The notes below the pieces were generated by a model. The model worked only from the letters and a program-made list of their open reading frames with translations. It was not told the DNA's origin and did not search any database. 64,000 nucleotides of DNA from Candidatus Vogelbacteria bacterium (GTDB lineage: Bacteria > Patescibacteriota > Minisyncoccia > Phycocordibacterales > XYD1-FULL-46-19): contig CAIRHC010000006.1 in the NCBI GenBank assembly GCA_903878275.1, forward strand, positions 79,633 to 143,632, given 5' to 3'. Positions 19,865 through 28,781 of the stretch are shown one piece after another (position 1 is the stretch's first letter; every line of letters starts with the position of its first letter). Both the position numbers and the translations under genes were made by a program.

Positions 19865-20305
19865 TTACCTCGTCACCCGAATCGTGGCGTTATCTTCAGC
19901 CCCTGGAGCTGAAACAGTCACGCGATTATCAGCAGTCCTGTAGATAAAATAATCAGTACCGCCAGAAGAAGCACTTTGTGGATCAAGCGGAATCGAAACT
20001 AGATATTTAGAATTGGTCGTCAATACATCCAAACTTATACCGGAACAACTAGTATTCATCTGACAAATTTCATTTGAGGAAGTAGTAATACTCGATGGCA
20101 AGGTGCCGTTATTATCTAGCGCGTATTGATAAACGGCATCAAGAATTGTCCGGACATCAGCCGAACGTTGAGCATTGCGCGTGTCACCAAGTTGCTTATT
20201 TGGGTTAATAGCTAAAATAACAATGCCGGCTAAAATAGCGATAGCGGCGACAACTAAAAGGATTTCAATCAAAGTAAATCCTTTGTTTTTTGAATTATGA
20301 GTCAT
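19865..20305 (-). CDS. Type IV pilin paralog 1
   Basis: [12 protein letters not shown] motif. Confidence 0.9.
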   Translation of the reverse strand: MTHNSKNKGFTLIEILLVVAAIAILAGIVILAINPNKQLGDTRNAQRSADVRTILDAVYQYALDNNGTLPSSITTSSNEICQMNTSCSGISLDVLTTNSKYLVSIPLDPQSASSGGTDYFIYRTADNRVTVSAPGAEDNATIRVTR

Positions 20306-20376
20306 GAATTATGAGTTATGAATTAATGTTAATAATAATTAATAGCTGGTTTGAATTATACCATAGGGCGATAAGA

Positions 20377-20817
20377 TTATGGAATCTCCTGCCAGGAACT
20401 TATCCCCAGGTGCGGAATTATCGCATTTACAGTAATTGAAACCTTGCGAATAATACTGCCGACCGTGCCAGACGTGACCACCGTGCTATTTTGACCACCC
20501 TGATTTGTTACGGTGTACGAGCAAGACCCTTGACCAAGGGTTAAATTACCCGCACCTGTATAAGGAGTAGAAGAAGCTTCCGGCATCGATTCCACTAGCA
20601 AGCGTAGAGATTCTTCGGCACAAGAATTTGCTAAAGAGCCGGCTTGATAAGATTGTTCTGTCGCCAGACCAGTGCGAGAGGCACCGAGACCAAGCAAAAG
20701 CAAAGAAACAGAAATTGATAATCCAACCGCAGCTAAAATCAAAACACTAAGAAGAGTTAAAAAACCTTTTTGATTAGAATTATGAATTTTGAATTTTGAA
20801 TTATGTATTCTGGTCAT
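20377..20817 (-). CDS. PilX/GspK-like minor pilin
   Basis: QKGFLTLLSVLIL (no Glu5), ANSCAEESL, C-terminal SWQE. Confidence 0.75.
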   Translation of the reverse strand: MTRIHNSKFKIHNSNQKGFLTLLSVLILAAVGLSISVSLLLLGLGASRTGLATEQSYQAGSLANSCAEESLRLLVESMPEASSTPYTGAGNLTLGQGSCSYTVTNQGGQNSTVVTSGTVGSIIRKVSITVNAIIPHLGISSWQEIP

Positions 20818-21203
20818 ATATCGCGAATTATAGACTTTGTTTTTTTAATTAAACCGTTTACTAGCTTGCTAACGATAATTGTGGATTCCGAAATTTCACC
20901 AAATTCTTTTTCCGAAATAAAATTAACATCTTTTGATATTAACAATTGGTTCTGAACTTCAGTCAAAGACCCCAACGACATATGATAAAATTGTAATTTT
21001 TCTTTATATGAATTTCGGCTAAAACCTTCAGCTAAATTAGAGGTGATGGAAACAGACGCTCTACGTAGTTGATTTGATAAACCAAACTGCTCTGATTGGG
21101 GAAAATTTTTAGTCATTTTATAAATAGAAACAACAAGTTTGTGACCCTCTTTCCAAGCATTTAAATCTGCGAATGATTTTATTTTTTTATTTTCCGATTC
21201 CAT
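20814..21203 (-). CDS. Four-helix-bundle protein (TIGR02436 / 23S-IVP / Avd-like), copy A
   Basis: SFADLNAWK, FPQSEQFGLSNQLRRASVSITSNLAEG, GSLTEVQNQL. Confidence 0.9.
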   Translation of the reverse strand: MESENKKIKSFADLNAWKEGHKLVVSIYKMTKNFPQSEQFGLSNQLRRASVSITSNLAEGFSRNSYKEKLQFYHMSLGSLTEVQNQLLISKDVNFISEKEFGEISESTIIVSKLVNGLIKKTKSIIRDI

Positions 21204-21231
21204 ACTTCATTATTCATAATTCATAATTCAT
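21204..21231. repeat. 7-nt tandem array, family A, antisense copy
   Basis: ACTTCAT TATTCAT AATTCAT AATTCAT; reverse-complement arrays at 19324-19351, 19800-19827, 20290-20324, 20775-20809 and 24456-24476. Confidence 0.85.
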
Positions 21232-24002
21232 CTCCTTCTAAGACTCGCCGAACCATAAAAAGTTTTGGAATAATTATATTCGTGTCGACCAAGCGCTCCG
21301 ACCGTGAATGAGGCGACGTTGGAAATTTCTCCCGTTGTCGGGTTGTTGACAATAATGCTATATGTCCCGGCGGTCACCATGTCAGTCGCGGGAATAACCA
21401 CAGTCAGTTGCGTTGAATTCACAAAAGTTGTCGTGCGAGCGGAGCTATTGAAATTGACTTGGGAATTAGAAACAAAATTTGTGCCGTTGATGGTCATTGT
21501 AAATTGTGAAGCGCCGACTGGCTGTGATGCCGGAGAAATACTAGTGATACTTGGTATCGTGTTGTGGACCGTAAAAATTTGCGAGTTGGAATCACCACCA
21601 CTCGGTGCAGGATTTGTCACGACAACCAGATAAGTCCCAGCCGCCAAAAGATCAGATGCTAAAATGGAAGCAGTGAGCTGGGTTGAGCTGATAAAAGCGG
21701 TGGTACGCGCGGAGCCGTTAAATTTAACTACCGCGCCTGACAAAAAATTTGTACCCATCACGGTCATCGTAAAAGCCGAATCCCCGATCATTTTGGTATT
21801 TGGTGAAATATAGGTCGTTGTCGGTGTCGGATTATTCACTGAAAAAGTTTGTGAATTTGAGGTACCACCACCAGGAGTCGGATTAAAAACAGTAATACTA
21901 GAGGTGCCAGTAACAAGCAAATCCGACGCTGGAATAGAAGCGGTAAGCTGTGTCGCTGAAACAAAAGTTGTCGTGCGAGCGGAGCCGTTAAAATTTACAA
22001 CGGAGCCAGCAATAAAATTTGTGCCATTTACAGTAAGAGTAAAAGTCGCATCGCCGACAATTTTCGAGCTTGGCGAAATACTGGTGGTGGTCGGCACAGG
22101 ATTATTAGCCACATTTACAGTAAAAACTTGCGCGTTTGAAGTGCCACCACCCGGTGCCGGGTTAAATACAGTAATACTAGAAGTGCCAGCGGTAATTAGA
22201 TCAGAAGTAAGAATAGCCACCGTAAGTTGAGTTGAAGAAGCATAAGTGGTCACACGAGCCGAGCCGTTAAAATTTACAGTCGAAGAAGCAATAAAATTTG
22301 TACCTACTACCGTCATAGTAAAACCAGCATCTCCAGCCGTTTTCGAGCTTGGCGAAATACTGGTAGTCGTGGGAACAAGGTTGCCACCCGTTGTGACAGT
22401 CACGATACCGGTCGTCAAAGCAAAATATGTATTATTTTTATTCGTAGCCGCCGAAGCCGTAGAGCCCCAAGTCCCGGCAACTTGATCGACTCCACCTAGA
22501 TGCAAGCTACCAGCACTGATATTCAAACCAGCACCAATACTTGCCGTGGCACTACCGGTCGGGGCAATACTCAAATCTCCAGCAATTGATGTCCCGGTCG
22601 TAATTGATTTAGGATTAGAACCAGAAAGGATAAGGTTGTAATAAGCCACCGCGGCAATTGTTTGAGCGCTAGAAGATGTCCAGTTTACCGTGCCATTATT
22701 TCCAGTGAACGCGCCACCAGTACCACTAAACCCAGCACCAAGATTTAAAGTACTTGATCCACCATTAAGAGTGCCATTGGTCCTTGTCCAAGTTCCAGTA
22801 AAAGTATGGGTCAGACCTGTCCCTAAATTTAATGTCCCGCCATTACCATTCATAGTTAAAGCTCCACCGTTTACATTACCCATAAGTGTGGCGGTGCCAG
22901 CTGTCTTGGTCATTGAGACGGTACCGGTCGTCGTAAAGCCGTCTATGCTTTGCGTGGTTGCCGTACCCGCAATAACAATCGGCGAAGCGCCAGCCGTAAA
23001 AGTGCCGCCATTATTATGAAAATCTCCACCAAAAGTTAAAGAAAAACCATTAGTAATTAACGTCGCCCCGCTATTGATAGTCAGCGGGTCAGACACATCC
23101 AAAACTTCCGCACCGTTCATCGTAATAGCGCCAGTGTTAGCAATAACAATTCCCCCAGACCCACTAAACGTAGTCACCCATTCAGCGCCAGCGGTAAATG
23201 GAGCAGGTTTGTTGTATTGCAAAGTAGATGATGCTCCGTAAGTTGGCGTACCCAAAGTTGTCGCAGTACCCTCCATCGACAAAATGCCATTAACAGTGGC
23301 GTTGGTCGTAGTCTTCGCACCAGAACCGGTCAAAGTTACATTGTTGAAAGTATAAGTGAACGGCGAGATTGATTGTGCCCCAGCTCCATCATAAATAATT
23401 GTCCCCGTCGAAGGCGTAAAAGTACCTTTGGTTCCACTCATAAAAGTTCCAGCGGTTGTCAAAGTTCCAGCCCCAGAAAAAATTAATTGCGAGTCGACAC
23501 CTGCAGTTGAAAAAGTCGCGCCGGAAATATGAACAGCTCCGGTTGAAATATTTATAGTAGTAAGACGAGAATTACCCGTTGTTCCGCCAAGAACAAGTGT
23601 CCCGGTATTAAAAGTTCCCGCTCCGACGTTGATAGTTTTTGTACCACCATTATTTGGACGAGATAAGGTTGTGGCGCCACTTATCGTCAAAGAATTTGTC
23701 CCGCTTATCGTTATCGCCGTCGGCGTGTTTACTGTCCCAGCCCAAGTCAAAGAAGTACAGACGGCCGACATATCAACAGTGACATTTATTCCATTATTAA
23801 TAGTACAAGTATCACCAGCCACCGGCACCGCCGAACCACCCCAAGTTGCCGTACTACTCCAATTGCCTGATACCGAAGCCGTCCTGGCTGCGGCTTCAAC
23901 CTTTGAAATATTACCAAAAAAAATAGTAGCAAAAACAACCAAAAAGAAAACGCTGGCTTTTAAAAATTTAAATTTTTTATTTTCAGAAAAATAATTTTTC
24001 AT
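21228..24002 (-). CDS. Large secreted Gly/Thr-rich adhesin with beta-helix-like region and four IPT/TIG-like repeats
   Basis: Signal peptide ending VEA; four repeats of P..TSISP.S...G...FT.TV.GTNF...S.V.FNGSARTT.F.S.TQLT. Confidence 0.8.
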   Translation of the reverse strand: MKNYFSENKKFKFLKASVFFLVVFATIFFGNISKVEAAARTASVSGNWSSTATWGGSAVPVAGDTCTINNGINVTVDMSAVCTSLTWAGTVNTPTAITISGTNSLTISGATTLSRPNNGGTKTINVGAGTFNTGTLVLGGTTGNSRLTTINISTGAVHISGATFSTAGVDSQLIFSGAGTLTTAGTFMSGTKGTFTPSTGTIIYDGAGAQSISPFTYTFNNVTLTGSGAKTTTNATVNGILSMEGTATTLGTPTYGASSTLQYNKPAPFTAGAEWVTTFSGSGGIVIANTGAITMNGAEVLDVSDPLTINSGATLITNGFSLTFGGDFHNNGGTFTAGASPIVIAGTATTQSIDGFTTTGTVSMTKTAGTATLMGNVNGGALTMNGNGGTLNLGTGLTHTFTGTWTRTNGTLNGGSSTLNLGAGFSGTGGAFTGNNGTVNWTSSSAQTIAAVAYYNLILSGSNPKSITTGTSIAGDLSIAPTGSATASIGAGLNISAGSLHLGGVDQVAGTWGSTASAATNKNNTYFALTTGIVTVTTGGNLVPTTTSISPSSKTAGDAGFTMTVVGTNFIASSTVNFNGSARVTTYASSTQLTVAILTSDLITAGTSSITVFNPAPGGGTSNAQVFTVNVANNPVPTTTSISPSSKIVGDATFTLTVNGTNFIAGSVVNFNGSARTTTFVSATQLTASIPASDLLVTGTSSITVFNPTPGGGTSNSQTFSVNNPTPTTTYISPNTKMIGDSAFTMTVMGTNFLSGAVVKFNGSARTTAFISSTQLTASILASDLLAAGTYLVVVTNPAPSGGDSNSQIFTVHNTIPSITSISPASQPVGASQFTMTINGTNFVSNSQVNFNSSARTTTFVNSTQLTVVIPATDMVTAGTYSIIVNNPTTGEISNVASFTVGALGRHEYNYSKTFYGSASLRRR

Positions 24003-24003
24003 C

Positions 24004-24471
24004 TTAATGAATATGCGTTACCGTATATGAAATATCAATATTGCCCGGGGTGTTCGGGCGACTTAAATTACGGAAAATTAAATTGGAGATAATCACGCGA
24101 TTTGAAGTCAGTGCCACCGGTGCATTAGCCCCTTCGGTCATTCTAATTGTACCACTAGCGGAATCAAAAATCGTCGGGTTGTTGGTCGGGTTTTCGGTAG
24201 TCAGAGAAAGTATTGATGATTCCGTACTCGTCGCCGGAGAATTTATCGCAACCGCATTTCTGATTGTTTGAGTCATCAAGACCATTGCCTGATCCCCTTC
24301 TTGATCAACCGTCGCCACCGTTTGGTTTTTAACTCGTGATTCGAGAAGGGTGATAAAAAAAAGTGAAATCACCAGCAGAACAATGGCACTCAAACTGATG
24401 TACAGTAACAACTCGATTAGCGTGAAGCCCCGAGTGGTAGAAAAAATATTTTTTTTTGAATTATTAATCAT
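24004..24471 (-). CDS. PilW/PulJ-like minor pilin, apparently C-terminally truncated
   Basis: RGFTLIELLLYI motif; ends abruptly at YTVTHIH*. Confidence 0.8.
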   Translation of the reverse strand: MINNSKKNIFSTTRGFTLIELLLYISLSAIVLLVISLFFITLLESRVKNQTVATVDQEGDQAMVLMTQTIRNAVAINSPATSTESSILSLTTENPTNNPTIFDSASGTIRMTEGANAPVALTSNRVIISNLIFRNLSRPNTPGNIDISYTVTHIH

Positions 24472-24480
24472 AAATTAAAA

Positions 24481-24948
24481 TTATTGTCGCCAATTGGTTA
24501 GACGCTCGGTTAACGTAATTGTACCAGAACGTTGAGCAGTTTCTTGCCAAGTGACATTTGAAGTAATTATTTTCCGCGTCGAACTAGCATCGATGGTTGA
24601 AATATTTATCTGACGAACAAAACCATCGGTTGTATCAGAACTACCAGAAAAAATCCATTGATAATTTGAAACAGCCAAACCATAGGTACCGTCAGCCAGA
24701 TTTGAAAATGATTCATCGCGAATATTTCTCACCGCCTCAATTCCCTCTTCTGCTAAAAATGCCGCTCGCGCTCTACCACCAGCAACGACCGTACTCTCTT
24801 GACCATAAATAACAGCACCGACAAAAGCCGTAACAATTACTACCAACAAAGACCCCGCCAATAAAATTTCGACAACAGAAAAGCCTCGGCTAGGGGGTAG
24901 GTTGTAGCGAGTAGGTTGTAGAAAAAGATTAAGAAACTTTAAGTTCAT
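24481..24948 (-). CDS. PilV-like minor pilin
   Basis: RGFSVVEILLA, LAEEGIEAVRNIRD, LTNW. Confidence 0.82.
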   Translation of the reverse strand: MNLKFLNLFLQPTRYNLPPSRGFSVVEILLAGSLLVVIVTAFVGAVIYGQESTVVAGGRARAAFLAEEGIEAVRNIRDESFSNLADGTYGLAVSNYQWIFSGSSDTTDGFVRQINISTIDASSTRKIITSNVTWQETAQRSGTITLTERLTNWRQ

Positions 24949-25291
24949 GTGTAAATTTATTTAACATCCGCATCACTTCGCTAAGTAGTGAATCAGCTAA
25001 ATTATAATCTTTTGTATCACCATAAGAAAGTCTTTTAGCTATTTTAATTTGAGTTTCTAGTTCTGCACCCGAACCATAAGCTATAAATAAAAAATTTCTA
25101 AAATCTTTCCTCGAGCTTCTTCTGTGTCCTTCGGAAATATTAGATGGGATAGAAACAGCCGAGCGACGCATCTGCGAAGTTAAACCATAGACCTCCTCTT
25201 TTGGAAATTTACTTGTTAATTTATAAATATTGACAACCAAATCCATTGATTTCTGCCAAACAATTAAATTTTCGTAAGATTCTATTTTCAT
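24929..25291 (-). CDS. Four-helix-bundle protein (TIGR02436 / 23S-IVP / Avd-like), copy B
   Basis: SYENLIVWQKSMDL, FPKEEVYGLTSQMRRSAVSIPSNISEG, GSGAELETQ. Confidence 0.92.
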   Translation of the reverse strand: MKIESYENLIVWQKSMDLVVNIYKLTSKFPKEEVYGLTSQMRRSAVSIPSNISEGHRRSSRKDFRNFLFIAYGSGAELETQIKIAKRLSYGDTKDYNLADSLLSEVMRMLNKFTHELKVS

Positions 25292-25310
25292 TTATTTTGC
25301 TATCCCGCCC

Positions 25311-25343
25311 TTCTACAACCTACAAACTACTCACTACAAACTA
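25311..25343. repeat. 7-nt tandem array, family B, antisense copy
   Basis: CTACAAC CTACAAA CTACTCA CTACAAA CTA; reverse complements at 25813-25843 (30/31 match) and 24887-24923. Confidence 0.9.
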
Positions 25344-25850
25344 ATAAGAAACCGTTCCTCGACTATTTATATTCAGTGTCCGCACCTCGTTTGTAGTCGA
25401 AGTCAGGGTGGTCGTACCAGTTGATTGTGGTAAGCCGGTAAATTTGGCAAACACAATTTCACTCAAACCTGACGGAGTGATTGAGGTTGGAACACTAAAA
25501 ATTTCATCGTAAGCAGAATCGCGACCGGCATAACTAGCGCCCTTAAACACAACTATGCTTCCGCCGACTATCCCCACCCCCCAATTTGTATCGCCATCAT
25601 TGGCTTCAGCTAAAAGTTGGGCTCGGTGCAAAGATTGAGCGATGGTATTTGTCGCGACATCCAAATCATTTTTAACTTGGAACGATTGATAGACCGGCAT
25701 CCCAATTCCCGCGATAAGAGTAATAGAGGCTATCACCAGCAATACTTCCAAAAGAGTAAAACCGTGGTTGGCAGAAAAAATATTTTTTTTCACCACCGGA
25801 CAAGATTTTCTGGTTTGTAGTGAGTAGTTTGTAGGTTGCAGAAAAAACAT
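25341..25850 (-). CDS. FimT/GspH-like minor pilin
   Basis: HGFTLLEVLLVI motif; C-terminal ININSRG-type strand (LNINSRGTVSY). Confidence 0.82.
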   Translation of the reverse strand: MFFLQPTNYSLQTRKSCPVVKKNIFSANHGFTLLEVLLVIASITLIAGIGMPVYQSFQVKNDLDVATNTIAQSLHRAQLLAEANDGDTNWGVGIVGGSIVVFKGASYAGRDSAYDEIFSVPTSITPSGLSEIVFAKFTGLPQSTGTTTLTSTTNEVRTLNINSRGTVSY

Positions 25851-25880
25851 ATCATTTTTAGTAATTCAAATAGCCAAAAT

Positions 25881-26975
25881 TTAGTTTGGATTAAGTCCAC
25901 CAATCAAACCATAAATCGGCAAAATAACCGCGAATGCTACCGCCAACACGCCAAACCAGACAATTACCAAAAGGATTGGCTCCAAAATAATAGTTAAATT
26001 TTTGGTCGTGGTATCAGATTTGTTTTCAAAATTTTCACCGATTTTAATCAATGTATCAGATAAACTGCCAGATTTTTCCCCAGTCACAATTAATTGCTGG
26101 ATAGGCATTGGGATAAGTTTGCTTGAATTTTTAAAAGAACTAAAACTTTTTTGAAAAGAATTTCCATCTTCAACCGAAACTAACATATGCCGGTACAATC
26201 GGCGATATTTTACAAAATCGGTCGCATCAGAAAGTGAATCAAGAGCCTGCGTCACCGTGAGCCCTGCCCCGAGCAAAGTCCCGAGTAAATAACCAAAGCG
26301 AGCAATCTCAACTTCTTTCATTAAATCTTTAACGCCCGGTGTGAGAAATAAAATAATTTCGCCGAAGACTTTTGTCTTGGCAAAAAAGAAAATAAAGTAA
26401 ATTAACAATATAACAAAAAGAATAAAGGCTGGAGCAACAAATTGTCCGTATTGTCCAAGAAACGCTCCGACCGCAATAAGAATTTTGGTAATGAGTGGCA
26501 ACTCGATTTTTAATTGACCAAAAACCGTCGCCAGTTTTGGTAAAATAAACCACGCGATACCAACACCGATAATTACCGTGATGCCCATCACAAAAACTGG
26601 ATACATCATCGCTGAACGAAGTTTTGATCGAAAAATTCTTTCTTTTTGATCTTCGACTGACACGACTTTAAGATTTTCCACCAATCGCCCAGAACTTTCA
26701 CCTAGACGAATCAGAGAAATGGTGTAATCTTTAAATAATCCACTTCGTTCCAACGCTTTCCAGATCGCCGAGCCATTTTCAATTTCCTCTTTGACGGTGT
26801 TGATAATTTTCTTCATTCGCTTCGAACGAATTTCACCGCCAATCGCATCTAGTGCGTCCACCACCGGCATTCCCGACGAGACTAGTGTGCTAAGATTTTC
26901 TACAAAATAATCTCGGTCTTTGCTTAAACCAAAATTAGCGAATGGATTTTTTATTTTCTTCTCTTGTTTATCCAT
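25881..26975 (-). CDS. pilC: Type IV pilus platform protein (T2SSF family)
   Basis: Two T2SSF repeats (GESSGRL, GEKSGSL), AMMYP, LEPILL. Confidence 0.9.
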   Translation of the reverse strand: MDKQEKKIKNPFANFGLSKDRDYFVENLSTLVSSGMPVVDALDAIGGEIRSKRMKKIINTVKEEIENGSAIWKALERSGLFKDYTISLIRLGESSGRLVENLKVVSVEDQKERIFRSKLRSAMMYPVFVMGITVIIGVGIAWFILPKLATVFGQLKIELPLITKILIAVGAFLGQYGQFVAPAFILFVILLIYFIFFFAKTKVFGEIILFLTPGVKDLMKEVEIARFGYLLGTLLGAGLTVTQALDSLSDATDFVKYRRLYRHMLVSVEDGNSFQKSFSSFKNSSKLIPMPIQQLIVTGEKSGSLSDTLIKIGENFENKSDTTTKNLTIILEPILLVIVWFGVLAVAFAVILPIYGLIGGLNPN

Positions 26976-26978
26976 AAA

Positions 26979-28760
26979 TTACACCTCCTCTATTTTTTCT
27001 TTTTTCTTGATGGTTTTCTTTTTGGTTGTCGGAAGATCTTTTGTTTCGTCGGCTTTTTTCGCTTCTTCTTTCTTGCTGTTTGCTAAATTAGTTTCTTTTT
27101 CTTCATCAGTAAAAGCTGGCGGTTCTGCCACACGCAACAATTCTTCGATCGTCGTCACACCATTTTTCACTTTCAATACGCCGTCTTCAAATAGTGATGT
27201 CGCACCTTCTTTGCGTGCCAAACGCCATATTTCTCGCGTCGTCGGTTTCTTGGCAATCAATTCTTGCAACGCTGGCGAGACTTGAATAAATTCAAAAATT
27301 GCCGTACGTCCCTTGAAACCAGAGTGACCGCAAATTTCACAACCCTTGCCTTCGTAAAAAGTCATCCCTTTATCAGAAAAATAAGGTAAGGCATTTTTCA
27401 TTTGTGGCGTTTTGAAGTCTGTCGATTTTTTCGTAACACTATGACGACAATTATCACAAATTTTTCGCACTAATCTTTGGGCGACAATAACTTCCAGCGT
27501 TGACGCCAGCAAAAAAGGCTCAACACCCATATCAATCAGACGTGGAATCGAAGTCGCGGCATCGTTGGCGTGAAAAGTAGATAAAAGTAAATGACCAGTC
27601 AAAGCCGCGTTGACCGCAATCTCCGCCGTTTCCATATCACGAATTTCTCCGACTAAAATAATATCTGGGTCTTGTCGCACAATCGAACGCAAACCTTTGG
27701 CAAAAGTGAGATTGGTTTGGAGATTAACTTGAATTTGATTGACTCCCAAAACTTTATATTCTACCGGATCTTCGATCGTCGTAATGTTTGTATCGATACT
27801 ATTTAAAATTTTTAGCAATGAATAAAGCGTGGTCGTTTTGCCCGAACCCGTCGGTCCGGAAACTAAAATCATACCGAATGGTTTTTCCGACGAAACCTTA
27901 ATCAATTCTTGATGAGGTGAAGACAAACCCAGATCTGCTAAGTTTAAACCTTGAATATAGGCGGCGAGCACCCGAAGTACCACTTTTTCACCTTCGACAG
28001 TGGGAGCAATGGACGTACGCATATCGACAGTCACACCATTTTTTTCATAACGAAGAGAACCATCTTGCGCCGAATAATGCTCGTCAATACGCATTCCGCT
28101 TTTTACTTTGATCCGATTTAAAATATTGTCATAATATTCTTTCGGCAAATGACCAGCTTCACGCAACACGCCGTCCACCCGAAACCGAATCAACACATCT
28201 TTTATTTGTGGTTCGAAATGAATGTCGGACGCTTTAAACACCAGTGCATCATCAAAAATTTCTTCCAACAATTCTGGTGCCACTCGCCCTTTAGCTTCAA
28301 TGATTTTTGAAAATCTGGTTTCGAGAGGTTTTTGGTAATGAACAAACAGCTCGGTAATATCTTCGGTCAAAGAATAAGTGATTTTTAGTTTCTTGCCGAC
28401 AAACAAAGCTTGAATCGCGGGCAATAATTCTTTGTTTTCTGGATCATCAGTCGCCACCGTAACGCCTTTTTTGTCTTGCGCAAAAACCACTACGTGAAAT
28501 TTTTTGCCAACCTCTTCGGGAATCAAAAGTACCTGCTCCGCCGGAATCGACGCCGAGTTTATATCTGAATAAGACACCTTAAAAGACTCGGCGATGGCTT
28601 GCCCGAGTAAATCTTTGTTGATTAAGCCCTGACTCAAAAGGTATTCGAGAAAAGTGACGTCATGAGACTTGGCGTACTCTTCTGCTTTTTTGGCATCTTC
28701 TTCGGTAATGTAATTTCCCTTGAGAAGAACAGTTTTTGTATTTTTTGTGTCAAAGATCAT
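26979..28760 (-). CDS. pilB: Type IV pilus assembly ATPase (GspE/PilB)
   Basis: ASDIHFEP, GPTGSGKTTT, RQDPDIILVGEIRD, TGHLLLSTFHAN, CxxC pairs. Confidence 0.93.
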   Translation of the reverse strand: MIFDTKNTKTVLLKGNYITEEDAKKAEEYAKSHDVTFLEYLLSQGLINKDLLGQAIAESFKVSYSDINSASIPAEQVLLIPEEVGKKFHVVVFAQDKKGVTVATDDPENKELLPAIQALFVGKKLKITYSLTEDITELFVHYQKPLETRFSKIIEAKGRVAPELLEEIFDDALVFKASDIHFEPQIKDVLIRFRVDGVLREAGHLPKEYYDNILNRIKVKSGMRIDEHYSAQDGSLRYEKNGVTVDMRTSIAPTVEGEKVVLRVLAAYIQGLNLADLGLSSPHQELIKVSSEKPFGMILVSGPTGSGKTTTLYSLLKILNSIDTNITTIEDPVEYKVLGVNQIQVNLQTNLTFAKGLRSIVRQDPDIILVGEIRDMETAEIAVNAALTGHLLLSTFHANDAATSIPRLIDMGVEPFLLASTLEVIVAQRLVRKICDNCRHSVTKKSTDFKTPQMKNALPYFSDKGMTFYEGKGCEICGHSGFKGRTAIFEFIQVSPALQELIAKKPTTREIWRLARKEGATSLFEDGVLKVKNGVTTIEELLRVAEPPAFTDEEKETNLANSKKEEAKKADETKDLPTTKKKTIKKKEKIEEV

Positions 28761-28781
28761 CGATAATATTTTTTGTTAGGT

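Noticed and set aside
21304-23994. Plus-strand ORFs opposite the adhesin, and similar antisense ORFs throughout the track
   Set aside because: Shadow frames of real genes with no motifs or start signals.
20814-25291. Complete DGR in the pilin locus, suggested by the Avd-like genes
   Set aside because: No reverse transcriptase and no TR/VR pair differing at adenines seen among the pilins.
24439-25790. Shared 18-nt AGAAAAAATATTTTTTTT in two pilin leaders (KKNIFS)
   Set aside because: Low-complexity A/T sequence; cannot be distinguished from chance or shared leader ancestry.
19324-25843. CRISPR array or shufflon
   Set aside because: Repeats are 7-nt tandem units without unique spacers; no cas or recombinase genes in the window.
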